Shown: in pieces, positions 28,201 through 37,914 of the stretch | Layout of the letters: the number at the start of each line of letters is the position of its first letter | Numbering within the stretch: the stretch's first letter is position 1 | Sequence record: MW250786 | Reading direction: 5' to 3' (one strand) | Length of the DNA stretch: 64,000 bases | From: Escherichia phage UPEC06 | The notes under the pieces: model-generated | Seen by the model: only the letters and a program-made list of their open reading frames with translations | Databases searched by the model: none | Told to the model about the DNA's origin: nothing | Translations under genes and position numbers: made by a program

Positions 28201-29136
28201 ACCAGCACCGATGAAGTAACCTTCACCTGGACGACGACCCAAGGTAAGCTTGGTCATGGTGGGCCAAGGGAACTTCTTGCCGAGTTTAGGGATCTCATGT
28301 GCCTTTTCGCGGAACTGTGAATAAGTCGAGAAACCATCAGGCACATATTCTTTTGGCTTCATTGCAGCCCAAAACAACTGATCAGAAAGACCTTTGTTAT
28401 ACATATCGCAAGGGTCCATATCTTCTGGAATATCCACGACCTTCATTTGTGGAATTACAGAGTATACCGCTGCAACTGCATCTTTACCTTTCATGATCCC
28501 TTTGGCCTTCTCTGCTTCTGTCGCACGGTCAGCATCGAAAGCTACGATAATCTCTTCAAACTTACTCAGAAGCTTATAGTTATTCTTCTGTGATAAGTTT
28601 TGCACGGCATTTGATGTACCGTTAGAGATAGATACAACTGTGAAGTTTGGTTTACGGGTGGAACCATCCTTCGGTTTGTACTTCTCTGTCAATACCTGCC
28701 ACAAGATTGCAGCATCGTATTCACCTTCAGTGATAAAGATCATACGTTTGGAAGACTTATTTGCACCTTCCAGCCCAAACATATCACAAGCCACAGATTG
28801 GAAACCAATAGTTGTAAAGTGACCTTTCTGTTGCTTAGGGATCGTAAGATCACGCTTCTTAAAACCTACAACCTTACCTTCCAATGTGTACGGAAAATAA
28901 TGCGCCTCTGGTGTCATACCGTCTTTAGCTGACAACTTGGTACGAATACCAAATCGTTTAGCTGTCTTTTCGTCGATACCACGCTCAGGGATACTTTTAC
29001 ACGGATAAGTCAATACGTCTTCAACTGTTTCTTCCACACGAGACACACCACCACCATAATTACGTGCTACTGAAGCTTTAGGATTTTTATGTCCAAACTT
29101 ATAACCGCCAAACAGACTTTCGCCAATAGTGCTCAT
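28201..29136 (-). CDS. primase-helicase, exon 1 (TOPRIM primase domain)
   Basis: TOPRIM motifs IFITEGEYDAAIL and IIVAFDADRATE; C-terminal KLTLGRRPGEGYFIGAG resembles the DnaB/gp4 segment before Walker A; no N-terminal Cys4 zinc ribbon. Confidence 0.6.
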
Positions 29137-29293
29137 TACTGCTCCTTGATCATTGTCGCCAAATAAATAGTGTTACCGTTTGAATTAATACCTGTTGTTA
29201 CAGGACCAATCAATTTATAACCGTAATCGTAATGCTTCAGTATAAATTTTTGAAGAGCCAATAGATTTGTATATGATAAGATCTTAACGTCCA

Positions 29294-29569
29294 TCAAAAA
29301 CCTCCAGTTTCTTCATTAAATGCCTGACGTACTTGTGCATCACGGACACGTTCTTCAATACAACGATACACTACTTCATAAGGGATATCAAGAGCAATTT
29401 CTTCACCATCTTCATAAACAGTGATTGAAAAAATATCTAAGTAATCTTCGGCATCCCAATCTGACTCCGCATTTGGAATACCTTTGTACATAACAACCTC
29501 TGCTTCAACAACTACCTCTTTACCGATTGCCTTATGAAAATGTGTGAATTCGAAGTTTACTGTACGCAT
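29294..29569 (-). CDS. hypothetical protein
   Basis: 91-aa acidic ORF. Confidence 0.4.
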   Translation of the reverse strand: MRTVNFEFTHFHKAIGKEVVVEAEVVMYKGIPNAESDWDAEDYLDIFSITVYEDGEEIALDIPYEVVYRCIEERVRDAQVRQAFNEETGGF

Positions 29570-29605
29570 TTTATTTTCTCCTGATAATTTATATTTATTT
29601 ACTGC

Positions 29606-29797
29606 TTACTTTTTGGAAATGATATGTTCTTCACGAACTTGAAGCTTAGTGCCATCTTTCATCTCGACAAGGTAGGCATTGCAAAGAATGTATTCTTGCA
29701 GCATCAAGATCTTACCATCACCTTTCTTACCGTACTTTTCGCCAATCTGATCGAAGCTTACATCATCATTGATTGCGTATTTGAACACATTATTCAT
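29606..29797 (-). CDS. hypothetical protein
   Basis: 63-aa ORF. Confidence 0.35.
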   Translation of the reverse strand: MNNVFKYAINDDVSFDQIGEKYGKKGDGKILMLQEYILCNAYLVEMKDGTKLQVREEHIISKK

Positions 29798-30225
29798 GCG
29801 TATTCAACCTCACTGATCATTTCAAAACCATCATTTTGGATCAGTGTTTTAACAAAGCCGATATTACCTTCTTCTATGTTTCTGTGCAACCACATATAGC
29901 CTTCAGCACAATAAACATTGACACCATAGCCAAGTTTAGCTGCTCGTTCAAAATCACCGTTTTCTTTCTTAACTAAACAACGAACCATCTTTTTCATCAG
30001 TCTTTCCCCCTTGTGTTCAGGAACAACGTGTTTATTGATTACTTTAACAATACGTTCCCGTAATTGTTGTGTATGACCATATTTTGAAAAAGTCTCCATG
30101 ATCTCACCAATATGCTTACTGAATAGGTGAGGTGGGATTTTTAACTTTCCAAGTTGATCCATATCATTCCTCAATAATCTCAAGTTTACCGTTGATAGTG
30201 TACAACGTAGTTGCTTTATCTTCAA
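29794..30225 (-). CDS. hypothetical protein
   Basis: 143-aa ORF, overlapping stop/start. Confidence 0.45.
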   Translation of the reverse strand: MKIKQLRCTLSTVNLRLLRNDMDQLGKLKIPPHLFSKHIGEIMETFSKYGHTQQLRERIVKVINKHVVPEHKGERLMKKMVRCLVKKENGDFERAAKLGYGVNVYCAEGYMWLHRNIEEGNIGFVKTLIQNDGFEMISEVEYA

Positions 30226-30388
30226 TGGCTTTTAAAGCCTGAATGACAGAATCATAAAACTGTTCAGATTCCTTAACTTCTTGTTTGCACTTCTGGATAT
30301 GATCAGCACTAATGTCGCGAAGACTCAGCAGTTGTGCACGGTTCAGTACAGATAGGTCTACAGAAAAATCATCAACTTTAAAACTCAT
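30164..30388 (-). CDS. hypothetical protein
   Basis: 74-aa ORF; overlaps neighbour by ~60 nt. Confidence 0.35.
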   Translation of the reverse strand: MSFKVDDFSVDLSVLNRAQLLSLRDISADHIQKCKQEVKESEQFYDSVIQALKAIEDKATTLYTINGKLEIIEE

Positions 30389-30470
30389 CTATAATCTCCT
30401 TGTTTGTGTTCAGTTACTTTATCATTTTAAGATAAAGATGCAACAAGTTTATTGCATCTTTTTGAATTAT

Positions 30471-31829
30471 TTATTGATCCTTGAAGATACTGGGGAACTT
30501 CTCATGATAGAAGTTTACAACATCTTGGTCAACAATGATATCTTTTACTCGTAAGCGTTTCAAAAGGCGAAGACCTTCTACACTCGTGGCACGGGAGAGC
30601 ATAACATATGCTTGACCAGGTGTGAAAGTACCAAAGCCGAGATCGATGTTTACCTTACCTAAAGTTAAACCTTGTGCCTTGTGACCAGTGATCGCATAGC
30701 CCAACTTGAATGGGTATTGAATGTATTCACCAATAGATTTATCAACAAGAACAGTCTTTTCAACCATCTTCTTGATCATCTTTTTAGTCCCGTCCGGCAT
30801 ATCAACCTCTTCCTCTTCAAGCATCATCTTTTTCTCAGGTACTTGAGCAACGTTGTTCCATGTTGCAGGGCCAATTGGGACCATTTTACCATCAATATCT
30901 ACAACAACGAAGGTTTTTGCGATACGACGAACAATACCAACTGTACCATTGACATAATCAGGGACTTTCTTCTTCTGATCATTATCGTTAACGACAATCA
31001 TCACTTTAAGACCTTCCTTAAGGAAAAGTTTTTCATTGACTGGACGTTCAACAAATTCACCAGTAATACGAGCATTGAACTCATGCTGTTCAGCATTAAT
31101 CTTTGCATATTCTTTGTTGTTGATCTCTTCTGCCAGCTTGTTCGTGGTAGTTAAAGTTACTGCCCCGTCAAGTGGACGACCAAAGCAACGCTGGTTAAAG
31201 AAGTTAACGGCATCAGGGATGTTTTTCCCGATACGAATATTGTTCAGGTGTTCTGCAAACACTGGATCACTTTGGCGATGAACTTTAGGGAGATAAGCAT
31301 AGGTCAGATTCAAAGATTCCCAAGTTTCGCACCCAAAAGGAATTTCTTTCCCGTGCAGTTCACGGAACAAAGGAACCTCTTCTTTCTTAAGTACAGGCTT
31401 GATCTGGAAACCGTCACCAAACATGATGATCTGGAGTCCACCAAAAGGCTTATCGGATTTACGATGGTGGCGAAGTTTCATATCGATTTCTTTCAGTTTG
31501 TCACTTCGAGTCATGCCGATCTCATCAAACACGATACCATCGAGTGCATCAGATGCCATAAGCATAGCTGCCTTTTTAGATTTTGCCTTATAATCCTCAG
31601 ATGTTGTAACCCCAAATGTCAAACCAAAGGCTTTGTGGGTGGTAACACCACGAATGTTTAATGATGCTACACCTGTTGGTCCAACGAACAAGAAACTATC
31701 GGCAAAGAAATCACGAAGTGCTGCGATCATCATACTTTTGCCACTACCACCAGGTCCAGTGATAAAAACGTTTTCACCATTCATGATTGCTTGCATCGCT
31801 GCTTCGTTACCGATCACTGTCTTAGTCAT
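30471..31829 (-). CDS. SF1 DNA helicase, Dda/RecD-like
   Basis: Walker A FITGPGGSGKS, Walker B IVFDEIGM, HRQSD-type motif. Confidence 0.7.
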   Translation of the reverse strand: MTKTVIGNEAAMQAIMNGENVFITGPGGSGKSMMIAALRDFFADSFLFVGPTGVASLNIRGVTTHKAFGLTFGVTTSEDYKAKSKKAAMLMASDALDGIVFDEIGMTRSDKLKEIDMKLRHHRKSDKPFGGLQIIMFGDGFQIKPVLKKEEVPLFRELHGKEIPFGCETWESLNLTYAYLPKVHRQSDPVFAEHLNNIRIGKNIPDAVNFFNQRCFGRPLDGAVTLTTTNKLAEEINNKEYAKINAEQHEFNARITGEFVERPVNEKLFLKEGLKVMIVVNDNDQKKKVPDYVNGTVGIVRRIAKTFVVVDIDGKMVPIGPATWNNVAQVPEKKMMLEEEEVDMPDGTKKMIKKMVEKTVLVDKSIGEYIQYPFKLGYAITGHKAQGLTLGKVNIDLGFGTFTPGQAYVMLSRATSVEGLRLLKRLRVKDIIVDQDVVNFYHEKFPSIFKDQ

Positions 31830-32019
31830 TATTTAGTTCCTCATATTCATATGGGTAGAGTAGATATCCTTTGTTGTCTTTTAGTGCTACAGCTATAACA
31901 CTCTCAAGGTAAAAATCATCGTCATAGTGCATTTCTTCAATTACAAGAATATCACCTTTCTTTGGATGATCATCGCGATCACTGAAATCATTTAGTAGTT
32001 TTATTTTTACGTTTTTCAT
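31822..32019 (-). CDS. hypothetical protein
   Basis: 65-aa ORF. Confidence 0.35.
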   Translation of the reverse strand: MKNVKIKLLNDFSDRDDHPKKGDILVIEEMHYDDDFYLESVIAVALKDNKGYLLYPYEYEELNND

Positions 32020-32200
32020 ATAACATCTCCGCTGCTACAAGGGATAAGATCATTGCCATATACATTACAATGGAAGTCACACTGATCTGAATGAAAACCT
32101 CATCGGTTACATGATCAAAGTAAGCATTCTTTACATATCTTACGCCCACGAGCCAAAATACCATTACTACAGCAAATGTCAGTATCATACGTTTTATCAT
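31988..32200 (-). CDS. small two-TM membrane protein (holin candidate)
   Basis: 70 aa, two hydrophobic helices, charged C-terminus, directly downstream of cell-wall hydrolase gene. Confidence 0.45.
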   Translation of the reverse strand: MIKRMILTFAVVMVFWLVGVRYVKNAYFDHVTDEVFIQISVTSIVMYMAMILSLVAAEMLYEKRKNKTTK

Positions 32201-32712
32201 TTCTTTTTCTCCTCTTTATCTTTATAAAAGATGTGATTTTCTATGGTAACTGTTCTTTTCAGAAGTTTACGCCACACAGGCTTAACCTTCTTAGTGTGAT
32301 AATACAAAGATCCATGCGTTGGGTCAAACCTTTTATACAAAACCTCATTATTTTTTATCTTATGTACAAACTTAGAGATGCTGAGCGCACCCTCCCAGGA
32401 GTCTTTATCTGTTATGCTATAAGAGGATTTAGTTAATGTCCATGAAAACTGAGAGGCTTGATACACAACTCCTTTCATTGTTCTCGGGAATTTATCATTT
32501 TTCATCCGATTCATTGTAACGAAGGCAACAGCCATTTGACCATTTATCGTCTCGCCTCGGGACTCCATATAGACATTACAGGCTAAGGCATTTACAGAAT
32601 TATCCTTTTTCGTACATTTATGAATAACCTTCTGTGCTCTCTCTTTGGCATAAGTGACGCCTGGTGCCAGAGACAGAGTACAAATCAAACCACATAAAAC
32701 TAATTTTTTCAT
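32197..32712 (-). CDS. secreted cell-wall hydrolase (SleB/Hydrolase_2-like), endolysin candidate
   Basis: N-terminal signal peptide; NALACNVYMESRGETINGQMAVAFVTMNRM resembles the SleB-type hydrolase core. Confidence 0.5.
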   Translation of the reverse strand: MKKLVLCGLICTLSLAPGVTYAKERAQKVIHKCTKKDNSVNALACNVYMESRGETINGQMAVAFVTMNRMKNDKFPRTMKGVVYQASQFSWTLTKSSYSITDKDSWEGALSISKFVHKIKNNEVLYKRFDPTHGSLYYHTKKVKPVWRKLLKRTVTIENHIFYKDKEEKKK

Positions 32713-32758
32713 TTTCCCTCCAATTGAGGACCCAGCTTATCACTGGGTCACCCTCTTG

Positions 32759-33145
32759 TCAACTACCTTCGATATGCTTCTGAATTTGATCAGCAATACC
32801 TTTCCACAAACCATTAAGGAAAGGGTTGCTTGTGATGACTTCGCCCAACCAGGGGCCATACAGGCGGTATACGTAGTCATCTGTGATCGCATAGATACTT
32901 CCATCACGTACAGCAAGACCACGTACAAGGGAGGTTGTTACACGACGACCTGCAAACCCCGTCTTTTGGTATTCCAGTTCAGAATGTTCAATATAACCTA
33001 CCAGACTTACCAGATTTTGAGTTCCATCAATTTCAAACCCGCATTTCTTTTCGAGGTCTTCTGAAATCGTACTAACCCCTTCCAGTGCAAAGTTACCACC
33101 GAATTTTAGGCCATACTTAGCTGCCAGTTTATCGTGTGCTGTCAT
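32759..33145 (-). CDS. hypothetical protein
   Basis: 128-aa ORF. Confidence 0.45.
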   Translation of the reverse strand: MTAHDKLAAKYGLKFGGNFALEGVSTISEDLEKKCGFEIDGTQNLVSLVGYIEHSELEYQKTGFAGRRVTTSLVRGLAVRDGSIYAITDDYVYRLYGPWLGEVITSNPFLNGLWKGIADQIQKHIEGS

Positions 33146-33336
33146 TTTACACTTTCCTTGATCAGTTGTTCAAAAGTTTCAACATCCTGAGTGATATGTG
33201 CTGTACTTCCATCACGGAAGACAACAACTGTAGTTTCTTCACCAAAATGATTACCTTGACGAAAGAGAAGAATCTCATCTACACGCAGAGCAACTTTAAG
33301 ACCACCTTCACCTGACAGATTTGCTTTTACGAACAT
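33142..33336 (-). CDS. hypothetical protein
   Basis: 64-aa ORF. Confidence 0.35.
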   Translation of the reverse strand: MFVKANLSGEGGLKVALRVDEILLFRQGNHFGEETTVVVFRDGSTAHITQDVETFEQLIKESVK

Positions 33337-33527
33337 TATAAACCTCCCATACTACGAAGAATAACATCTTTCATACGAATAAGAATTTCATTCTTATCCA
33401 CCTCAGGAAAAATTTCAACCAGTTTAATAAGTAAACTTCTTCCACTTTTATACTCGCCCGATCTTGCAAGGTGCAGAACAGTTCTTGCAAACTCTAACTC
33501 GTCTAAAGGTACTTTTCCTTCAACCAC
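33336..33527 (-). CDS. hypothetical protein
   Basis: 63-aa ORF. Confidence 0.35.
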   Translation of the reverse strand: MVEGKVPLDELEFARTVLHLARSGEYKSGRSLLIKLVEIFPEVDKNEILIRMKDVILRSMGGL

Positions 33528-33781
33528 TCCGCAGCCTCCTTTAAGTTATCAAACACCTTATAAGCAACACCTGTATATTCCGAACTCCAATCGTCACTTG
33601 GATCATAATCCTCGTTAATTTCTTCTACATCGACATGATACTTATTTTCGTAGTCCTTTTCAACAAGAATACGAAGATCATGGTAAACAGATGCTTCAAC
33701 TTGGTCTGCTATTTTATCAAAGTAATCTCGATCTGTCATCTTTATACCCCGCAACGTTGGAGAAAAGCTTCGCAAATGCAC
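33503..33781 (-). CDS. hypothetical protein
   Basis: 92-aa acidic ORF. Confidence 0.4.
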   Translation of the reverse strand: MHLRSFSPTLRGIKMTDRDYFDKIADQVEASVYHDLRILVEKDYENKYHVDVEEINEDYDPSDDWSSEYTGVAYKVFDNLKEAAEWLKEKYL

Positions 33782-33993
33782 AAAAAATCTTCTTTTTCTA
33801 CATTCTTGATATCCATACCGATCTCTTTAAAAAGTTTAGGAAGATCAAGAGCCTTCGCGTCCTTTTCTAACTTGAAGTAGCCGTTCTTATCATACGGAAT
33901 TTTTTGGAGGAATAGAACATCTGGATTATCAGAGCCTTTTGTTTTTGTTGCTAGGTAATCATAAATATCTTCACGAGGTACTGGCTTCTTCAT
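33742..33993 (-). CDS. hypothetical protein
   Basis: 83-aa ORF. Confidence 0.4.
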   Translation of the reverse strand: MKKPVPREDIYDYLATKTKGSDNPDVLFLQKIPYDKNGYFKLEKDAKALDLPKLFKEIGMDIKNVEKEDFLCICEAFLQRCGV

Positions 33994-33994
33994 A

Positions 33995-34426
33995 TTATTC
34001 TCCTGTTAAATTTAACTTATCGCCTTTCCTCATTTCAAGAAAGGCTTTCAAATCTCCAAACTTGGTTTCAATAAATGCCGAACCTGCTGGGGCTTTGTTA
34101 TAATCCCAGTTATCTTTGGCCTCGTCAATATCACCATGTAGGTTCGTGAACTCATTTTTGAACTCGCGCACAGACCACTTGACAGAACGATGACGAGTAG
34201 GGATGTAGTTGGAAACAGAGGCATAACTAAGTCGCTTCTGAACCTCATCAATAATACCCTTTACCTTCAACTCGAACAACTTCCGAAACACGGGGTGGAT
34301 AAGGTCCTCAGGGGCATCTACATACACACGAGTAAGCCCAGGGTGGTGATTGAAGCTGACCTCAATCTTGTTGCGACTCTTACCTTCCCGTACTGTTACC
34401 ATATATTTACCGATTTCAAATTTCAT
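33995..34426 (-). CDS. hypothetical protein
   Basis: 143-aa ORF. Confidence 0.45.
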   Translation of the reverse strand: MKFEIGKYMVTVREGKSRNKIEVSFNHHPGLTRVYVDAPEDLIHPVFRKLFELKVKGIIDEVQKRLSYASVSNYIPTRHRSVKWSVREFKNEFTNLHGDIDEAKDNWDYNKAPAGSAFIETKFGDLKAFLEMRKGDKLNLTGE

Positions 34427-34469
34427 CTATAAAGCCCTCTCTGTTTCCAATGAGGGCAGAATACATGAC

Positions 34470-34664
34470 TTACTCTACCGAGTCAACCGTTTCAACAAAG
34501 ATAATGTTACCATATTTCAGCTTACGGCGGTTGTCACCTTTGTGGGTGTGGTCCACAGGGTTAAATGATCCAATATCATTGGAATGTTTCCAGCCAGATT
34601 TAACAGAAAACTGCTTAACAACAGCAGCAAAATCTTCCGGCTTTAACTCAATCATATGCTCCAT
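34470..34664 (-). CDS. hypothetical protein
   Basis: 64-aa ORF. Confidence 0.35.
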   Translation of the reverse strand: MEHMIELKPEDFAAVVKQFSVKSGWKHSNDIGSFNPVDHTHKGDNRRKLKYGNIIFVETVDSVE

Positions 34665-34751
34665 TACATACTCCTTTCATAAGAAATTTCTCTATAGGGG
34701 CTTCATAGAGTAAAACCCCTATTGATTAAGATAGAACCTATTATCAGTTAT

Positions 34752-35141
34752 TTACTCGTCAACAACTTTCCAACTCCAAAGATAACCATCTTTAGGCATA
34801 GTGGAACCTTTAACAAATATCATTTCGTCATAAAGATCATTTTCGTTAGGCAAATCTTCTAGGAGTTTAAACTCAACATTGTTATACTCATTATAGATGA
34901 TTTGTGCACGGAGTTTCTTGCCTACCTTAATGGAGTTAGTTTCTGATCGAACACATTCAATAATGTATCCCTTTTCATAAGAAATTTCTTCACGAGATAC
35001 CTTATAGACCTTGACCAACGCAGGAAATTCCTTTTGTATTTTCAAAGCTGTATGCTGCGCTTCTTGTTCACTATCATAGCCCTTGAAAAATTTAAAAACT
35101 TCACCTTCCCACTTGATCCAGACTTCATATTCTTTTTCCAT
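34752..35141 (-). CDS. hypothetical protein
   Basis: 129-aa ORF. Confidence 0.45.
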   Translation of the reverse strand: MEKEYEVWIKWEGEVFKFFKGYDSEQEAQHTALKIQKEFPALVKVYKVSREEISYEKGYIIECVRSETNSIKVGKKLRAQIIYNEYNNVEFKLLEDLPNENDLYDEMIFVKGSTMPKDGYLWSWKVVDE

Positions 35142-35151
35142 GTATTACCTC

Positions 35152-35469
35152 TTAAGAAATAAGTTGGATTTTTGGACCTTTTTCTTTTTCTGCTTGACGC
35201 AGGCGTTCACGAACGTAGAGTTCGATATCGGTTGGTCGCCACAATTCAACCATAACCACATCAAAACGATTTTCGTGAGCACCAGGTTGTTTATTCATGT
35301 GGCTTGCCATCAGATCTGCACTCTCTTGATCAGCAAATACAGCTTTTGCGACAATTGCTTTACCGTCTTCAGTTTGTCCCATACTCATGCTTGGGATGTT
35401 GTGACCTGCATCATTATCACGAATAGCAAACACAAGAGTAGTTTCAGCATTTTTCAGAAAGTCAGTCAT
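35152..35469 (-). CDS. hypothetical protein
   Basis: 105-aa ORF. Confidence 0.45.
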   Translation of the reverse strand: MTDFLKNAETTLVFAIRDNDAGHNIPSMSMGQTEDGKAIVAKAVFADQESADLMASHMNKQPGAHENRFDVVMVELWRPTDIELYVRERLRQAEKEKGPKIQLIS

Positions 35470-35683
35470 TAATAATCTCCACGTCAGAATTGATATCAGT
35501 TTTATAAAACAGTCCCAGAGTTTCTGCGACCTCTATGAAAACAGCATCCCCAGATACAACTGCATCAGAGGTTGCGTATACTTTATTATAAATCGGCTGG
35601 CCTGTAAAGTCATAATCAACAACATATTTAAACTTTTGGCCTTTCTTTACATCACGGGCTTTGATCAGCTTAACATTAATCAT
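35462..35683 (-). CDS. hypothetical protein
   Basis: 73-aa ORF. Confidence 0.4.
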   Translation of the reverse strand: MINVKLIKARDVKKGQKFKYVVDYDFTGQPIYNKVYATSDAVVSGDAVFIEVAETLGLFYKTDINSDVEIIND

Positions 35684-36371
35684 CGGTACTCCCTATTTGT
35701 AATGGTACAATACCTAAAGCTTCCAGGCCTGCCTCTACAACCTTACGATTTACAGAAGCTTCGAACTCTGCTTGTGCTTTCGCCTTAACAACCTCGGAGT
35801 TTTCCTTAAACACGTTGATCGCATGTTGAGTGATATCCGGCAGCTTTGAATGAACACGAGTGATCTTATTCTTAAGTTCAGTCAATTCTTTCTTTGTTGC
35901 CTTACCTTTCTCAATAAGTTGCTGGACTTCAATTACGGCTTCCAGATGGTCCTTTAAAAGATCTTTTAAGTCTTTATCCACGTTCAAGCCGATCATGTCA
36001 GAACTATTTTGTTGTCCCTCAATACCAGGAACATATCCATCGCCCTTGATATATCTTAATGTGATTGGTACGCCTTGTCCACTATGGGATGCCACTAACT
36101 CTGCCCATTGGTAAGATGTTAATTCAATCTCAATGATACGAGAGTTTCGTGACGTATAATAAGACGGCAAACCATAAGAGATCTCCTGGTATGCGGTATC
36201 AATACGTAAACAAACACGTTGATTGTGTGTGGTGTCTGATCCGAACATTTCCACATTCCCACCAGTTGGGTGAGTGATTGATGCCAACCCATAAGCTGGG
36301 TGTGTCTGGATTACACGCTCAAATACTCCAGCTTCAGATAATTTTACTTCGGGCTTCATTACGTTTCTCAT
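35676..36371 (-). CDS. hypothetical protein
   Basis: 231-aa ORF, C-terminal half Lys/Glu-rich helical. Confidence 0.5.
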   Translation of the reverse strand: MRNVMKPEVKLSEAGVFERVIQTHPAYGLASITHPTGGNVEMFGSDTTHNQRVCLRIDTAYQEISYGLPSYYTSRNSRIIEIELTSYQWAELVASHSGQGVPITLRYIKGDGYVPGIEGQQNSSDMIGLNVDKDLKDLLKDHLEAVIEVQQLIEKGKATKKELTELKNKITRVHSKLPDITQHAINVFKENSEVVKAKAQAEFEASVNRKVVEAGLEALGIVPLQIGSTDD

Positions 36372-36379
36372 AAAATCCC

Positions 36380-36580
36380 CTATTTTATTTTTACAATGTA
36401 TTTAGAAGTTCTTCGGATTCTTTGGGTCCTTGTCCAAGTTGGGTCAACATACTCTATTTCTGCCAGACCCTTACTCGGGATGATTCTGGTGATAATCCCC
36501 TTAAATATAGTTTTACGATCGTCATATGTAAAAGCTACTTTGTCACCAACTTTGATCTCTGTACCCATTAAATCTTTCAA
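36380..36580 (-). CDS. hypothetical protein
   Basis: 66-aa ORF. Confidence 0.35.
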   Translation of the reverse strand: MKDLMGTEIKVGDKVAFTYDDRKTIFKGIITRIIPSKGLAEIEYVDPTWTRTQRIRRTSKYIVKIK

Positions 36581-36584
36581 ATCA

Positions 36585-36809
36585 TCAACCCCGTCTTTCT
36601 TTCAATTCCTGTAAGAACAACTCATCAGCAAGATTATTTAAACTTTCTGCCAGATTGCGAGCTTGTTCACGAGTGACACGAATACCAACAGAATCACAAC
36701 CTTCGCGATCACAATAGTCAATACCAATCAGAATTTTACCTTTTTCAGTTGAAGGGGTGATGTTAATTTCTGCCTGATAATCTACGCCAATATCCTGGAA
36801 TATCATCAT
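36585..36809 (-). CDS. hypothetical protein
   Basis: 74-aa ORF. Confidence 0.35.
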   Translation of the reverse strand: MMIFQDIGVDYQAEINITPSTEKGKILIGIDYCDREGCDSVGIRVTREQARNLAESLNNLADELFLQELKERRG

Positions 36810-36963
36810 TTTGTATATACCTCTTGTATTTCTGCAATTAATGTTTCAGAGGAACTGGCAATCTCTGCTCGGATTTCCTCTGCTTTTTCTTTGTCTTCAA
36901 ATAAGGTCGGATGAATTTGAGCATCCTCTCCACAATGTAGACACAGTATAGCATAATACTTCA

Positions 36964-37326
36964 TCACTTATTACCTTTTTCTTCTTCATGTGGCTTAACA
37001 ATAATCTCTTCAATAATTTTAGGATCGATGTTTCTAGTATACATAAAAGTATAAAGCGCCGTTTTCAAAGCTGCACGTTTACCATAATAATGCCCTGTGA
37101 TACCGTTCTGTTTTGACAGTTTATAAATCTCTACCATTTTGCTTTCAACTTCTTCGTTGGAGATCTTAACATACTCCACTGCTGACATTTGCTCGATAAA
37201 TATTGCATCGAGGCCGTACAATTTGATATCTCGTTCAACGTATTCTTTGAATCGCTGCCATTCTGCCTCGTCTTTAATAAGATCTGCAATTTTAAAGATT
37301 ACTGGATGCTTGTTTGATTTAGTCAT
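36964..37326 (-). CDS. hypothetical protein
   Basis: 120-aa ORF. Confidence 0.45.
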   Translation of the reverse strand: MTKSNKHPVIFKIADLIKDEAEWQRFKEYVERDIKLYGLDAIFIEQMSAVEYVKISNEEVESKMVEIYKLSKQNGITGHYYGKRAALKTALYTFMYTRNIDPKIIEEIIVKPHEEEKGNK

Positions 37327-37381
37327 TTATTTCCCCTTGTTTGTTTTGATAGGGTCATATTACATGACCCTTGATATGGTG

Positions 37382-37639
37382 TCAACTAAAAATTAAAGAA
37401 ACAACGTGATAAATTACCTGAGGAACAATGATCAGAAAGTATAGATCAACAAACCCTGAGATAAAGTGATAAGCCTTCAGCTTTGTACGTTTACCTTTGT
37501 AAAAATCAGAGGCGATTTTGAAATATTTATAAAGAGTTCTTACAAATGCAAAACCGATCAATCCTAATCCAGTAAGAACCACAACAAACACTGAAAACTG
37601 TACGTCAGCACTAAAAACACCAACAATAAGATCTAACAT
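37382..37639 (-). CDS. small membrane protein
   Basis: 85 aa, two hydrophobic helices. Confidence 0.4.
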   Translation of the reverse strand: MLDLIVGVFSADVQFSVFVVVLTGLGLIGFAFVRTLYKYFKIASDFYKGKRTKLKAYHFISGFVDLYFLIIVPQVIYHVVSLIFS

Positions 37640-37914
37640 TAAATTTCCTCCAAATCAGATTCTACGATATAGATGCCTGGTGAAACTCTATAAGCCCAAG
37701 TGTTAAAAGTACAAGAATACATAATTCCTTTTACTTTGTAAGTTTTATTTGCAAACTGGCTTACAGGGTTAGTGACTTTCACCATTGTGTCACTTGCAAA
37801 CTTAGGCATACCGTGCTTTGAAATTGCTTCACGATCAACTTTGTAAACATCCCTCCCAAAGAACTTTTCTAGTGGGCAAAGATTATTCTCAAAATCAGTA
37901 CCCATAGTCAACAT
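37639..37914 (-). CDS. hypothetical protein
   Basis: 91-aa ORF. Confidence 0.4.
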   Translation of the reverse strand: MLTMGTDFENNLCPLEKFFGRDVYKVDREAISKHGMPKFASDTMVKVTNPVSQFANKTYKVKGIMYSCTFNTWAYRVSPGIYIVESDLEEI

